Assembly: GCA_001781125.1 (NCBI GenBank)
Contig: MFKT01000009.1
Span: 126,840-190,839 of the forward strand
Length of the DNA: 64,000 bases
Reading direction: 5' to 3'
From: Candidatus Kaiserbacteria bacterium RIFCSPHIGHO2_01_FULL_53_29
GTDB lineage: Bacteria > Patescibacteriota > Minisyncoccia > Phycocordibacterales > UBA2100
The notes beneath the pieces are model-generated. The model was not told the origin of the DNA. It made no database searches and saw nothing but the letters and a program-made list of their open reading frames with translations. The translations under genes were made by a program, and so were the position numbers. This document shows positions 37,539 through 46,727 of the stretch, in pieces. How positions within the stretch are numbered: position 1 is the stretch's first letter; every line of letters starts with the position of its first letter.

Positions 37539-37802
37539 ATGCAGAAGACCGAGAAGAAACCAAAATTCGATTTTGAGGAGTTGAAGGCGGCGGCGACGAG
37601 CCTGAACGGAAAGACCCGGAAAAAAGTCTTTGAGGAATATTTCGAGCGCTTCGAGGAATTCCCCTCGTACCTCTTCGACAACACCAACGGCATCGATAGT
37701 CGCTTGCAAGAAACCATCCAGGATCTTAGGAACGACCCCGAGACGACCAAGCCGATGCTCAAAGGTATCGACGTCCTTATGCAGCGTCTCCCATCGCTTT
37801 GA
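37539..37802 (+). CDS. Small hypothetical protein
   Basis: 87 aa, charged. It has no recognisable motifs and overlaps the 3' end of the convergent gene by 26 bp. Confidence 0.25.
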   Translation: MQKTEKKPKFDFEELKAAATSLNGKTRKKVFEEYFERFEEFPSYLFDNTNGIDSRLQETIQDLRNDPETTKPMLKGIDVLMQRLPSL

Positions 37803-40299
37803 CGAGCGCCACGAATTGATCCCCCTTCTCCTCGAAATTCTTCCACAGTCCATAGCTCGGTGAAGCGCAGGAGAGAAGACACGCCGAGCCGTGCGGAGTA
37901 TTTTTGTACGCAAACTCGACCGCTTCTTTCATGTCCGAGGTTTCAAAAATATTCAAGCCTGTGCGATCTGCAAACATTCTTTTCCCGCTTTCCGGAAAGA
38001 GCACGATGTTTTTGACGTTGCGCGAACGAACTTCCTTTTCTAGTTCGGCGAAATCATACCCTCTGTCGTTTCCACCGAGAAATAGTGTCCCGACATCCGG
38101 TATCGCGCGAAGCGCAGCGATGGTGGACTCGGGCGTCGTCGATATTGCGTCGTCATAAAATAGGATTCCGTTGAACTCTCCGACCAGTTCGAGACGATGC
38201 GGAAGGCCTTTGAATGAACGTACTGCCTCTTCTATTTTTTTGTCGGGAACATCAAAGAGCCGGGCGACGGTAACGGCGGCCCTGACGTTATCGATATTGT
38301 GCTCGCCAAGCAAAGAAATTACTTTCGCATCAAACGGCAGATCGACAAACGGCATAGCTTTCGACCTTCCATCCTTGACCCATTTCTGCAATTCCGGAAC
38401 ACGTGGGTTATAGACAAATACATCTTCGCCTTCTTGGAATCGAATGATATTTTTCTTTGCCTCATAGTATCGCTCGACACCATCGTGATAATCCATGTGA
38501 TCGGGAAAGAGGTTCGTCACGACCGCAATGTGGGGCGAGAATTCGATGTCATCGAGCTGATAGCTCGAAAGTTCGAGAACTGAAATATCTTCTTCCGAAT
38601 GTTGCGACAAGAGATCGAGCATGGGAACTCCTATATTTCCCGCGAGATGCACTTTCAGTCCTGCATTTTTGAGAATGACATATATCAGGGATGCGGTCGT
38701 ACTTTTCCCCTTGCTTCCGGTAACGCCAATCGTCTTTCCCTTCCATTCTGAGAAAAAAATATTGGTCGCCGTTGTGTACTGTGCGCGAACTTTCTTTTTG
38801 GGGATACCCGGCGTCTTAAGAGCGATGTCGTAGCGATCCTGCTCGTCAAGATACTTCGTATCGGTCGCCTCGTCTGCAACACCGATGTCGAGATTCGGAT
38901 ACGTTTTGTGCAGATATGCTTCGCTCGCCAATCCTTCCTTTCCGTGGCCCAAAATAAGGGTATTTTTCATCCCGCAAAATCTAAAGCGCGTCGGCACTGT
39001 TAGAGCTTGCTGTGCATGCGTAGTCATTTTGATCAATGTCTCTCCATCCTCGATCCGCGGAAAAAAGGTTTGCACCACAGGAGAGTCCGCAAACGTATTA
39101 CGAATGAGGTACAGAGCAGCTTGTGCTTCATCAAAGGTACCGACGCAATCAAACGGCTTCATAGTTCCAAATCCGAGGATATCTTGGAAGAGGGGCTCGA
39201 GCTTCGGGTCGTTCAAGAGATCACGACCGAAGATATTGATAAGCTCCTTCCTCTCGATGAACGGCGCCAAAATCAAAAAGACGAACGCACACTTCGGACA
39301 TTCACAACACCATAGACCCTTCGGCCGCTTCGCCTCGTCAATTCTGAACGCCTTATTGCAGCTCGTGAAATGCTGGAAGTAGTTCGAGTGCCGCGCGAAC
39401 AGTTCGGCAATTCGTATTTCATAGAACGGTCGCAGAATTGAAAAATACGTTACCGAGCTCGTAACATATTCTCGAATGTAGTTCTGGAACAATGTTTCGA
39501 ATTCCGCAGATTTACTCCACTGATGATTTACGACCTCTCCGTTATGTTCGACGTTGCCGAAGTTGCTACTGTGCTCGTTGCCGACCACAACGTACTGGTA
39601 GTCGTAGAGTACCGCTGCAAGTGTTCCGAGAAATGCATAGATCGCGGAAATTGGAATATGGCCCGCAAAACTTCCCGGAAGTGGCTGGAATATTTTCTCG
39701 TCGAGAATGCGGAGGATTTTGAGCGATGTGATCCCGGCAACCTCGCACACTTCATCAACTATCTCGTGCGAGCGGTAGGTCTCGACAATAAATCCCGTGC
39801 AGAGATATTTTTGTTCTTTGAGCAACTCGATCGCAACGATTGAGTCTTTCCCGCCGCCGATACCGACGAGCACGCGGTTTTTTCGTACAAATTTAAACGG
39901 CGTCGGCGTCGGCACGTCGTCCGCGTACGGAAAGCGTATCCGCTCCCCCAAATCAAGATTGTTGCGGTACGCGAATTCTCCGAGGCCTTTGCGGTATATG
40001 GTGTTCCAAAAATCCGCTTGCGCCTTTGTAAGCTTTTGCTGCACGCGGATTTCCGGCGGACAATAGAGCTTGTAGTAGCTGATGCCAATCATCAGATGAA
40101 TATCATCTAACAATGCATCCAAAAGCGCGCTCGGCACATCAGTGAGATACGGTGCCGGTAGTACCACTACTTCACTGAACGAAATGGCCTTGCCATCTTC
40201 AAATCCCATTTCATAGTTACATACAATTTTCTTTCCTTCACGTGAAAATGTACGGGAAGTGAACCTGAAATAGGCCGCTTTTGGGTCCATGCGAGCCAT
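37777..40299 (-). CDS. murD: Fusion: N-terminal PP-loop (N-type ATP pyrophosphatase) domain + C-terminal UDP-N-acetylmuramoyl-L-alanine--glutamate ligase (MurD)
   Basis: The N-terminal ~420 aa have VLVGIGGGKDSIVAIELL (PP-loop SGGxDS-like) and a Cys cluster (WCCECPKC). The C-terminal ~420 aa are a MurD ligase: the Rossmann LILGHGKEGLASEAYL, the P-loop IGVTGSKGKSTTASL, and LELSSYQLDD. Confidence 0.75.
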   Translation of the reverse strand: MARMDPKAAYFRFTSRTFSREGKKIVCNYEMGFEDGKAISFSEVVVLPAPYLTDVPSALLDALLDDIHLMIGISYYKLYCPPEIRVQQKLTKAQADFWNTIYRKGLGEFAYRNNLDLGERIRFPYADDVPTPTPFKFVRKNRVLVGIGGGKDSIVAIELLKEQKYLCTGFIVETYRSHEIVDEVCEVAGITSLKILRILDEKIFQPLPGSFAGHIPISAIYAFLGTLAAVLYDYQYVVVGNEHSSNFGNVEHNGEVVNHQWSKSAEFETLFQNYIREYVTSSVTYFSILRPFYEIRIAELFARHSNYFQHFTSCNKAFRIDEAKRPKGLWCCECPKCAFVFLILAPFIERKELINIFGRDLLNDPKLEPLFQDILGFGTMKPFDCVGTFDEAQAALYLIRNTFADSPVVQTFFPRIEDGETLIKMTTHAQQALTVPTRFRFCGMKNTLILGHGKEGLASEAYLHKTYPNLDIGVADEATDTKYLDEQDRYDIALKTPGIPKKKVRAQYTTATNIFFSEWKGKTIGVTGSKGKSTTASLIYVILKNAGLKVHLAGNIGVPMLDLLSQHSEEDISVLELSSYQLDDIEFSPHIAVVTNLFPDHMDYHDGVERYYEAKKNIIRFQEGEDVFVYNPRVPELQKWVKDGRSKAMPFVDLPFDAKVISLLGEHNIDNVRAAVTVARLFDVPDKKIEEAVRSFKGLPHRLELVGEFNGILFYDDAISTTPESTIAALRAIPDVGTLFLGGNDRGYDFAELEKEVRSRNVKNIVLFPESGKRMFADRTGLNIFETSDMKEAVEFAYKNTPHGSACLLSCASPSYGLWKNFEEKGDQFVALVKAMGDAA

Positions 40300-40663
40300 T
40301 GTACTCCAGAGGCTGTGTTATCCACACCCATCAACACGAAAACCTCACGGGGGTCGGTGCAATAATGATAGTCGTACTGGTTTGACACCCTTGGCGTGCC
40401 ACCGAACCATGCAGCTTCATCGCTTCATGGGTCTGGAAGCGCCGCCGTAGTTGGGTCTCGACGGTGCGCAAAACATTTTTTATTTTTATCGGTAGAAGCA
40501 GTAGATGCATCGTATGACCCGGTAGTGAAATGTGCCTTAGGCTCAAACAAATTATGAAAACAAATTACGGAAGTTTCCAAAGTGCAACGATCGAGAGTTC
40601 GCTTATCACGCCGCGCCAAGCCGGCATGCCGCTTGGCGCAAAGGCACATTCTACTGACCGGGT

Positions 40664-43327
40664 ATGACACTCACCATAACAAAGCGCGACGGCATGAAGG
40701 AGGCCTTCAACGCCGACAAGATCAACCGCTCGATCGAACGTGCTTGCGAGGGCTTGCTCGATCCGATCGGGATGACGACACAGATCGCAACCGAAACAAA
40801 GCTCACGCTCTACGATGGCATCACGACCGAAGAAATGGATGCCGCGACGATCAACGCGGCCGTCCAGAACATCAAGGAAGACATCGAATACGACAAAGTC
40901 GCCGTCCGATTGCTTCTCAAAACCGTGTACCGGCGGGTCGTCGGCGAGTACAACCACGATGCAGCAGAGCTTGAGACAAAACACCGCGCACGGTTTCTGG
41001 AACACATCAAAAAACACGTTGCTGCAGGCCTGCTTGACGAACGCATGGGTACGCATTTTGATCTGGAGAAACTCGCCGCGGCACTCAAGATCGAGCGCGA
41101 CGAAGTTTTCACTTATGCAGGGCTCTCGTCACTCCTCGATCGCTACTCGATGCGCGATGAAAACCAGAAACGCATCGAATCGCCGCAATACTTCTTTATG
41201 CGTATCGCGATGGGTCTTTCCTACAACGAAAAGGATCCGACCGGGTGGGCGATCAAATTTTACGAAAAGATGTCGCGACACCTCTACATCGCCGGCGGCT
41301 CGACCAATATCGGAGCCGGAACGGCTCGACCCGCTTTGTCGAATTGTTTCCTGCTCGAAGTCCACGACGACATGGACCACATCGCGAAATCCGTCGCCGA
41401 CGTGATGAAGATATCGAAATCATCCGGCGGCATCGGTGTCTCGCTCACGAAGCTGCGCGCGGCGGGCTCTCCCCTCAAATCCTCCAACACGGTTTCGTCG
41501 GGTCCGACTCCTTTTGCAAAGATCATGGACACGGCCATCCGCGCGGTACAGCGCGGCGGCAAGAAGCTGGGTGCGCTCTGCTTCTACATGGAGAATTGGC
41601 ACTACGACTTCCCTGAATTCATCGACTGGAAGCACAACGCAGGAGACGACTACCTGCGCATGCGCACGGCCAATACCGCCGCGTTCATTTCGGACGAGTT
41701 CATGCGCCGTGTCGAGAAGGGAGAGGATTGGTACATGTTCGACCCCAAGGAGACCATGGATCTGAACGAGCTGTACGGGGCTGCGTTCAGCAAGCGTTAC
41801 CGCGAGTACGTGGAGATGGCTAAAAGCGGGAAGCTCCGCATGTTCAAAAAAGTGCCCGCGACCGAGCAGTGGCAAAACATCCTCACCGCCCTGCAATCCA
41901 CCTCGCACCCGTGGCTCACGTGGAAAGACCCCATCAACCTGCGCGCGCTCAACAACAACACCGGCACCATCCATATGTCCAATCTCTGCACCGAGATCTG
42001 CCTCCCGCAGGACAAAGACAACATCGCTGTGTGCAACCTCGCCTCGCTCAATCTCGCGGCACACATTCAGAACAAACAGATCAATTGGCGTGAACTCGAA
42101 GAAAGCGTGCGCCTCGCGGTGCGCCAGCTCGACAACCTCATCGATATCAACGTTCTGCCTATTCAAGAGGCGGCGCGCTCCGACAAGGAAAACCGTGCGG
42201 TGGGCCTCGGCGTCATGGGTTTTGCGGATGCATTAGAGCAGCTCTCCATGTCATACGAGAGCCCCCATGCGTGGGATTTCGCGGACCGCATCTTCGAATT
42301 CGTCAGTTACATCGCGATCGACGAGAGTGCGAACCTGGCGAGTGAACGCGGCTCCTACCATAATTTCGAAGGCTCGGGATGGTCCAAGGGAATGGTCCCG
42401 CTCGACACCATCGAGAGGATAGAGAAAGACCGCGGCGTCACCATCGATTTGCCGAAAATAACAAAACAGAAGCGGCTCGATTGGGCGCTGCTCCGGGAAA
42501 AAGTGAAGAGGGGTATGCGTAATGCGACTCTGATGGCGGTAGCACCAAACGCCAATATCGGCCTCGTCGCCGGTACAACTCCCGGCATTGATCCCAGGTT
42601 CGCGCAAGTATTCTCGCGCAACAAGATCTCGGGCAAGTACCTCGACCTCAACCACAACCTCGTGAAAGACCTCAAAAACATGGGGCTCTGGGATGAAGTG
42701 AAAGAGCAGATCATTGAGGATCAAGGCAACATCGCCCGTGTCGAGGGACTGCCGGCGTATCTGAAGGAGATCTACAAGACCGCGTTCACGACAAACCCGT
42801 ACGCGTACATCGAAGTGGCCGCGCGTGCGCAAAAATGGGTCGACCAAGCGCTCTCGCGCAACATGTACCTTGAGAGCCGCGATATGGAAGACATGAAAAA
42901 CGTCTACATGACGGCGTGGCGCAAGGGCCTGAAGACCACCTATTACCTGCATATGAAACCGCGCCATACGGCCGAGCAGTCAACGACGACTGTCAACAAA
43001 CAAGAGATGACCGGCAAACGCGGATTCGGCGCCATCAAAATGGCCGCCGCGGGTATCCCCGTGAATGCGACTCCCTCACCCCTCGAAATGAATACTCCCT
43101 CGCCGGTAAAGACCGAAGGATCCGTCGCCGTAATGGCTGAGGCGCCGCGCGGAGGATTCGCCGCCGTCGCCGCGCAGGCAGCGCAGGGCACAAGCGCGGA
43201 AGCTTCAGCGGCTCCGGAGGCTCCTGCACCAGCCTCGACCGAGCAGGCAAAGTCCGCCAAAACGTCCACGACCGACGCCCCCATGGACCCGGCCGACAAC
43301 CCGAACGTGTGCATCGCGTGCCAATGA
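40664..43327 (+). CDS. nrdA: Ribonucleoside-diphosphate reductase alpha subunit (class I) with N-terminal ATP-cone and C-terminal low-complexity extension
   Basis: ITKRDGMKEAFNADKINRSIERA is the ATP cone. NLCTEI is the active-site Cys/Glu motif. The C-terminal CIACQ is the Cys pair. About 90 aa of Ala/Pro-rich sequence sit before the C-terminus. Confidence 0.9.
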   Translation: MTLTITKRDGMKEAFNADKINRSIERACEGLLDPIGMTTQIATETKLTLYDGITTEEMDAATINAAVQNIKEDIEYDKVAVRLLLKTVYRRVVGEYNHDAAELETKHRARFLEHIKKHVAAGLLDERMGTHFDLEKLAAALKIERDEVFTYAGLSSLLDRYSMRDENQKRIESPQYFFMRIAMGLSYNEKDPTGWAIKFYEKMSRHLYIAGGSTNIGAGTARPALSNCFLLEVHDDMDHIAKSVADVMKISKSSGGIGVSLTKLRAAGSPLKSSNTVSSGPTPFAKIMDTAIRAVQRGGKKLGALCFYMENWHYDFPEFIDWKHNAGDDYLRMRTANTAAFISDEFMRRVEKGEDWYMFDPKETMDLNELYGAAFSKRYREYVEMAKSGKLRMFKKVPATEQWQNILTALQSTSHPWLTWKDPINLRALNNNTGTIHMSNLCTEICLPQDKDNIAVCNLASLNLAAHIQNKQINWRELEESVRLAVRQLDNLIDINVLPIQEAARSDKENRAVGLGVMGFADALEQLSMSYESPHAWDFADRIFEFVSYIAIDESANLASERGSYHNFEGSGWSKGMVPLDTIERIEKDRGVTIDLPKITKQKRLDWALLREKVKRGMRNATLMAVAPNANIGLVAGTTPGIDPRFAQVFSRNKISGKYLDLNHNLVKDLKNMGLWDEVKEQIIEDQGNIARVEGLPAYLKEIYKTAFTTNPYAYIEVAARAQKWVDQALSRNMYLESRDMEDMKNVYMTAWRKGLKTTYYLHMKPRHTAEQSTTTVNKQEMTGKRGFGAIKMAAAGIPVNATPSPLEMNTPSPVKTEGSVAVMAEAPRGGFAAVAAQAAQGTSAEASAAPEAPAPASTEQAKSAKTSTTDAPMDPADNPNVCIACQ

Positions 43328-43494
43328 TTATTATAGTTAGCTCCGATTAACCACCGACTTATGAAATCGGATGCAGTGCGAGGCGCGGGGAAAGCGGTGC
43401 GTGAGGCGTACAGAATGTACGATGAACGCGACGCTGGGGCCCCGCAACGACGCAATGCGCCGATTTCAGAAGTCCCGCTAAATAAAACAACTGT

Positions 43495-44490
43495 ATGCTA
43501 GTAGGTAAAGCATCTCCGGAGGACTACAACCTCCATCCGTCCCAGTACCCCTGGGCGACCGATCTGTACAATCAGGCGGTCCGCAACACGTGGTTCCCGC
43601 ACGAGATCGCGCTCAAAGAAGATCTCGACGATTGGGCGAAAATGACCGAAGACGAACGTCACGCGGTCGAATTCCTCGTCGCATTCTTCAATCCGGCGGA
43701 ATTGATCGTGAATCGTTCCATCGCTCTGGGAATTTATCCGTACCTCAAATCCGCCGAGTGCCATCTCTACCTCGCCAAACAAATGTGGGAGGAAGCCAAC
43801 CACTGTGTTGCGTTTGAATACGTCTTGCAGACCTTCCCGCTCGACCGCGAAAAGGTTTTTAGTCTGCACCAGCAGGTGCCTTCGATGAAAGAGAAAGAAG
43901 ACTTCATCAATAAATACATGAAGAGAATGACGGAAGACGAGCTCGATGTCTCGACACCGGACGGCAAAAAAGATTTCGTACGCAATCTTGTGGCTACCAA
44001 CATCGTGATGGAAGGCATATGGTTCTACTCCGGCTTCATGGTGGCATTGTCGTTTCGCCAGCGTAATCAACTACGCAACGTCGGCTCGCTTGTCACGTGG
44101 GTCTTGCGCGACGAATCGCTCCACCTCAAATTCGGCATCAATCTCATTCACGGCATCCTCGAAGAAAATCCGGAACTCCTGACGCAGGAATTCGCCGAGG
44201 AGATCCGCAATATCGTTATCGAGGGCGTCAACCTCGAGACGACCTTCAACCGTGACCTTTTCCCGCGCGGTATCTTGGGGCTCAACGCCGATTACGTAAA
44301 TCAATACGTGCAATATGTCGCCGACAGGCGCTTGATCGAGCTCGGGCTCGAGAAACACTACAACGCCACCAACCCCGCCAAATGGATGTCCACCGCGACC
44401 GACGTCTTCGAACTCGTCAATTTCTTCGAGGCGCAGAACACCAACTACGAGGTCAACTCCGGCGACAGCGAGAAAAAGAAAGCTTCTTAG
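43495..44490 (+). CDS. nrdB: Ribonucleoside-diphosphate reductase beta subunit (class Ia)
   Basis: EANHCVAFEY, NIVMEGIWFYSGF and LRDESLHL are di-iron/tyrosyl-radical R2 motifs. Confidence 0.9.
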   Translation: MLVGKASPEDYNLHPSQYPWATDLYNQAVRNTWFPHEIALKEDLDDWAKMTEDERHAVEFLVAFFNPAELIVNRSIALGIYPYLKSAECHLYLAKQMWEEANHCVAFEYVLQTFPLDREKVFSLHQQVPSMKEKEDFINKYMKRMTEDELDVSTPDGKKDFVRNLVATNIVMEGIWFYSGFMVALSFRQRNQLRNVGSLVTWVLRDESLHLKFGINLIHGILEENPELLTQEFAEEIRNIVIEGVNLETTFNRDLFPRGILGLNADYVNQYVQYVADRRLIELGLEKHYNATNPAKWMSTATDVFELVNFFEAQNTNYEVNSGDSEKKKAS

Positions 44491-45209
44491 GGACGCTTTC
44501 GCGGGAACAGTGGCGCGTACATGTCGTCCTTGAGAGGAATCAACAATTCCTTTTTGTTGACTTGAGCAACGAACTCAACAGAGGCATCCTCGATGATTGC
44601 GAGCGGCTGACGCTCGCTTCCCTCGCCCATCGCAAGTGTTGCGGCCGTCGCAAGAGAGTCGGCGACGTTGGTCTGTGTGAACTTCAGTTTTCTACCGAAA
44701 ATATCTTTTTTGCCCCGATAATCGCGTAACCCCCGAAGCCCCGCATACCCGAGTGCCACACCGACGACTCCCGCTCGTAGTGGCATTACGCGACTGTCGG
44801 TGATAACGATGCCGAGTTTCTTTATTTTGTATTTTTGCAAAAGACTACTACGAAGTTTCTGTGCGGTAGCGAATGAATCCTCCGGCAAGAGGATCAGTTT
44901 CCCGCTCGCCCCGCCACCGGCGGGGTCAACATTCGATTCATCGACTCCCGCATTCGCCAAGATCATTCCGTCTTTCTCCGTGAGCCACACATATTTCGTC
45001 TTGATCGCCCATTCGCTCTCCGCTTTAATTACTGCTGCCTTCTGCCTGGTGCCTTTTGCCTGACTTGTCCTTCCCTCTGCAAGCGCAACGATCTTCGACG
45101 TCACCGCTACGATCGAACCATCTTTCAGTTTCGGAATATGCCGCGTAACGAACGCAACAAGGTCCTCGTCCTCTTTAAAAAAACGGGTTTTGATCGGCCG
45201 TATATTCAT
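44487..45209 (-). CDS. F420-0:gamma-glutamyl ligase (CofE)-like family protein
   Basis: 240 aa. IVAVTSKIVALAEGR and LANAGVDESN resemble the CofE/F420-ligase fold. The function in this organism is unclear. Confidence 0.45.
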   Translation of the reverse strand: MNIRPIKTRFFKEDEDLVAFVTRHIPKLKDGSIVAVTSKIVALAEGRTSQAKGTRQKAAVIKAESEWAIKTKYVWLTEKDGMILANAGVDESNVDPAGGGASGKLILLPEDSFATAQKLRSSLLQKYKIKKLGIVITDSRVMPLRAGVVGVALGYAGLRGLRDYRGKKDIFGRKLKFTQTNVADSLATAATLAMGEGSERQPLAIIEDASVEFVAQVNKKELLIPLKDDMYAPLFPRKRP

Positions 45210-45244
45210 AATTGTGGGTATCTACAACTCTGCTCGAACCTATC

Positions 45245-45523
45245 TTAGCACCCACGCGGACTGACTCGCACGCACTTCCGCATGTGGGGGTGGAGGTTCC
45301 GGAGCTGCTTGCGGTGAGCTTTTGCTATTTTTAAACTGCACCGATACGCAAGGACGGTCGCGGTCTCTTGGATGACGTAAGGATGCACGATGAGCGTGAA
45401 GTCTGAGATTTCCTGCATGACTCGCATCGCATCTGCATGCTGCGAATCTACGTCCCGGTAGAACGCAACGAATACCGAGCTATCAACAATACAATGATTA
45501 GACTCCATATGCGATCTCATCAA
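45245..45523 (-). CDS. PIN-domain-like (VapC-type) toxin, apparently truncated
   Basis: CIVDSSVFVAFYRDVDSQHADAMRVMQEI...TLIVHPYVIQETATVLA resembles the N-terminal two-thirds of a PIN domain. At 92 aa it is too short for a full PIN, and the tail looks out of frame. Confidence 0.35.
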   Translation of the reverse strand: MMRSHMESNHCIVDSSVFVAFYRDVDSQHADAMRVMQEISDFTLIVHPYVIQETATVLAYRCSLKIAKAHRKQLRNLHPHMRKCVRVSPRGC

Positions 45524-45674
45524 TTCGCTCTGAGAGATCGCGAGCTCCTCCTGCTTTGCCCTTCACAATATGCTTTTTTGCCAGCGTATAGAATGTCGGA
45601 CGTGCGGAGCGCTTTGCTCCAAAGCGCGTGCGAGATGTGAAAGAAGCTACAAATTTCTTCGTTTGAGTTGTCAT
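45498..45674 (-). CDS. Putative antitoxin partner of the PIN-like gene
   Basis: An internal start, MTTQTKKFVASFTSRTRFGAKRS..., gives 58 aa. It overlaps the PIN-like ORF start, the usual toxin-antitoxin arrangement. Confidence 0.3.
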   Translation of the reverse strand: MTTQTKKFVASFTSRTRFGAKRSARPTFYTLAKKHIVKGKAGGARDLSERIDEIAYGV

Positions 45675-45789
45675 GTCATTAATATAGCATAGACCTGTAT
45701 TGCACTTCAAGCCCCATATCACGACTCTGGCGGGTCGAAAACGCACGACTTTTGTGGATTTTGCACTCCCGCTCCGCTATTCGTGAGAT

Positions 45790-46143
45790 AAAAATGGGTT
45801 GATTTTTCATGGCCCTGGAGATTCGGCTGGAGGCGGAGGAGTCGGCTCTGGCTGTGGCTCGCCGGAGCCTTCGGCAGACTGTGTCTCGCCAGAGGCGGAC
45901 TCCGTCCCGCCGACGGCGGAGGCGGCTGGCGGTTCAGGACTTGGCGCAGGAGAAGGTGTTGTACCGGAGCCTGAGGAGTCACCTCAGGCTCCGGCGGCTC
46001 CCGCCGTCTGCCCCGAGAGCAACGCCTTCAGCTGTTCCTCGTTGACACAGGTGTCGTTGATGCAAAGCTGCTCTTTGGCGCGGAACGTGCGGGCGAAGAC
46101 TTCCTGAATGCCGTTCCCGGCATCGGCGAGCCATTCCGCTAAA
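45790..46143 (-). pseudogene. Degenerate fragment homologous to the 3' end of the giant gene at 46728..62771 (no start codon, frameshifted)
   Basis: The minus-strand frame reads LAEWLADAGNGIQEVFARTFRAKEQLCINDTCVNEEQLKALLSGQTAGAAGA*. This aligns with GIFDSVYARIFTTDELVFKRGTGDELTVKKLCLEDVCVTREEFKALLDKNGTQ near the giant protein's C-terminus. Downstream it continues, frameshifted, into a P/E/A-rich stretch like the giant's tail. Nucleotides 46018-46143 also resemble 47138-47300. Confidence 0.5.
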
Positions 46144-46435
46144 GGCCCGTGCGATGTTTAGTTTTTGGATTGCGCGAGGTATGGAACACGCCAATCACCT
46201 CCACGAGATCATCGGTGATTGTGTAGATCAGCAGCATGGGCAATCCGGGTATCGGACGCTCATACGAGTCGGTCTCGCCATCGAAGCGTGCTGCGCGCGG
46301 AAAGACCTTGAGTGCCTTCACGGCCATATCTACCCGCGCCGCAATGTCCGGCGCATGCGAAGGTGACCGTTTGGCGACGAACGATAGGATGCTTGCCACA
46401 TCGCCGAGTGCTTCGGCGGTGTAGGCCACTTTCAT
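46139..46435 (-). CDS. RelE/ParE-family type II toxin
   Basis: 98 aa. MKVAYTAEALGDVASILSFVAKRSP...LIYTITDDLVEVIGVFHTSRNPK shows the typical ParE-fold layout. Confidence 0.6.
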   Translation of the reverse strand: MKVAYTAEALGDVASILSFVAKRSPSHAPDIAARVDMAVKALKVFPRAARFDGETDSYERPIPGLPMLLIYTITDDLVEVIGVFHTSRNPKTKHRTGL

Positions 46436-46662
46436 AGGGAAGGATTGTAGCTTCGAAAGAGAGCCCGTACTTTGGCCTCTGGTGCATGAACCCGTGGCTT
46501 CGCCAGCCGTCGCTTGATCTCGCGCCGCTGCACAGTGTTCAACTGTGACTGGCTGAGGTCAGAAACACGCACAAGCAACTCTTGCGCGATCACCTCCTGC
46601 GCCTCCTTGGGCAGCCCGGTTACCGCCAAAACAGCTTCTGCTAATCTTTCGCGTGTTGTCAT
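46432..46662 (-). CDS. Putative addiction-module antitoxin (ParD/Phd-like, 'addiction module component' type)
   Basis: 76 aa. MTTRERLAEAVLAVTGLPKEAQEVIAQELL. Its stop overlaps the toxin start by 4 bp. Confidence 0.5.
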   Translation of the reverse strand: MTTRERLAEAVLAVTGLPKEAQEVIAQELLVRVSDLSQSQLNTVQRREIKRRLAKPRVHAPEAKVRALFRSYNPSL

Positions 46663-46727
46663 ATGACCGTTAGTTTACCATAATCCTCACCGGGCGCGCA
46701 AAGCCCGATTTCATTAAATCTTGCGGA

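Noticed and set aside
40300-40663. Cobalamin riboswitch or NrdR box upstream of nrdA
   Set aside because: I could not find the B12-box consensus or tandem NrdR palindromes by eye. This is left as an open question, not a call.
41420-44070. Minus-strand ORFs 41420..42166, 42251..42967, 42943..43455 and 43498..44070 inside nrdA and nrdB
   Set aside because: Antisense to two highly conserved RNR genes.
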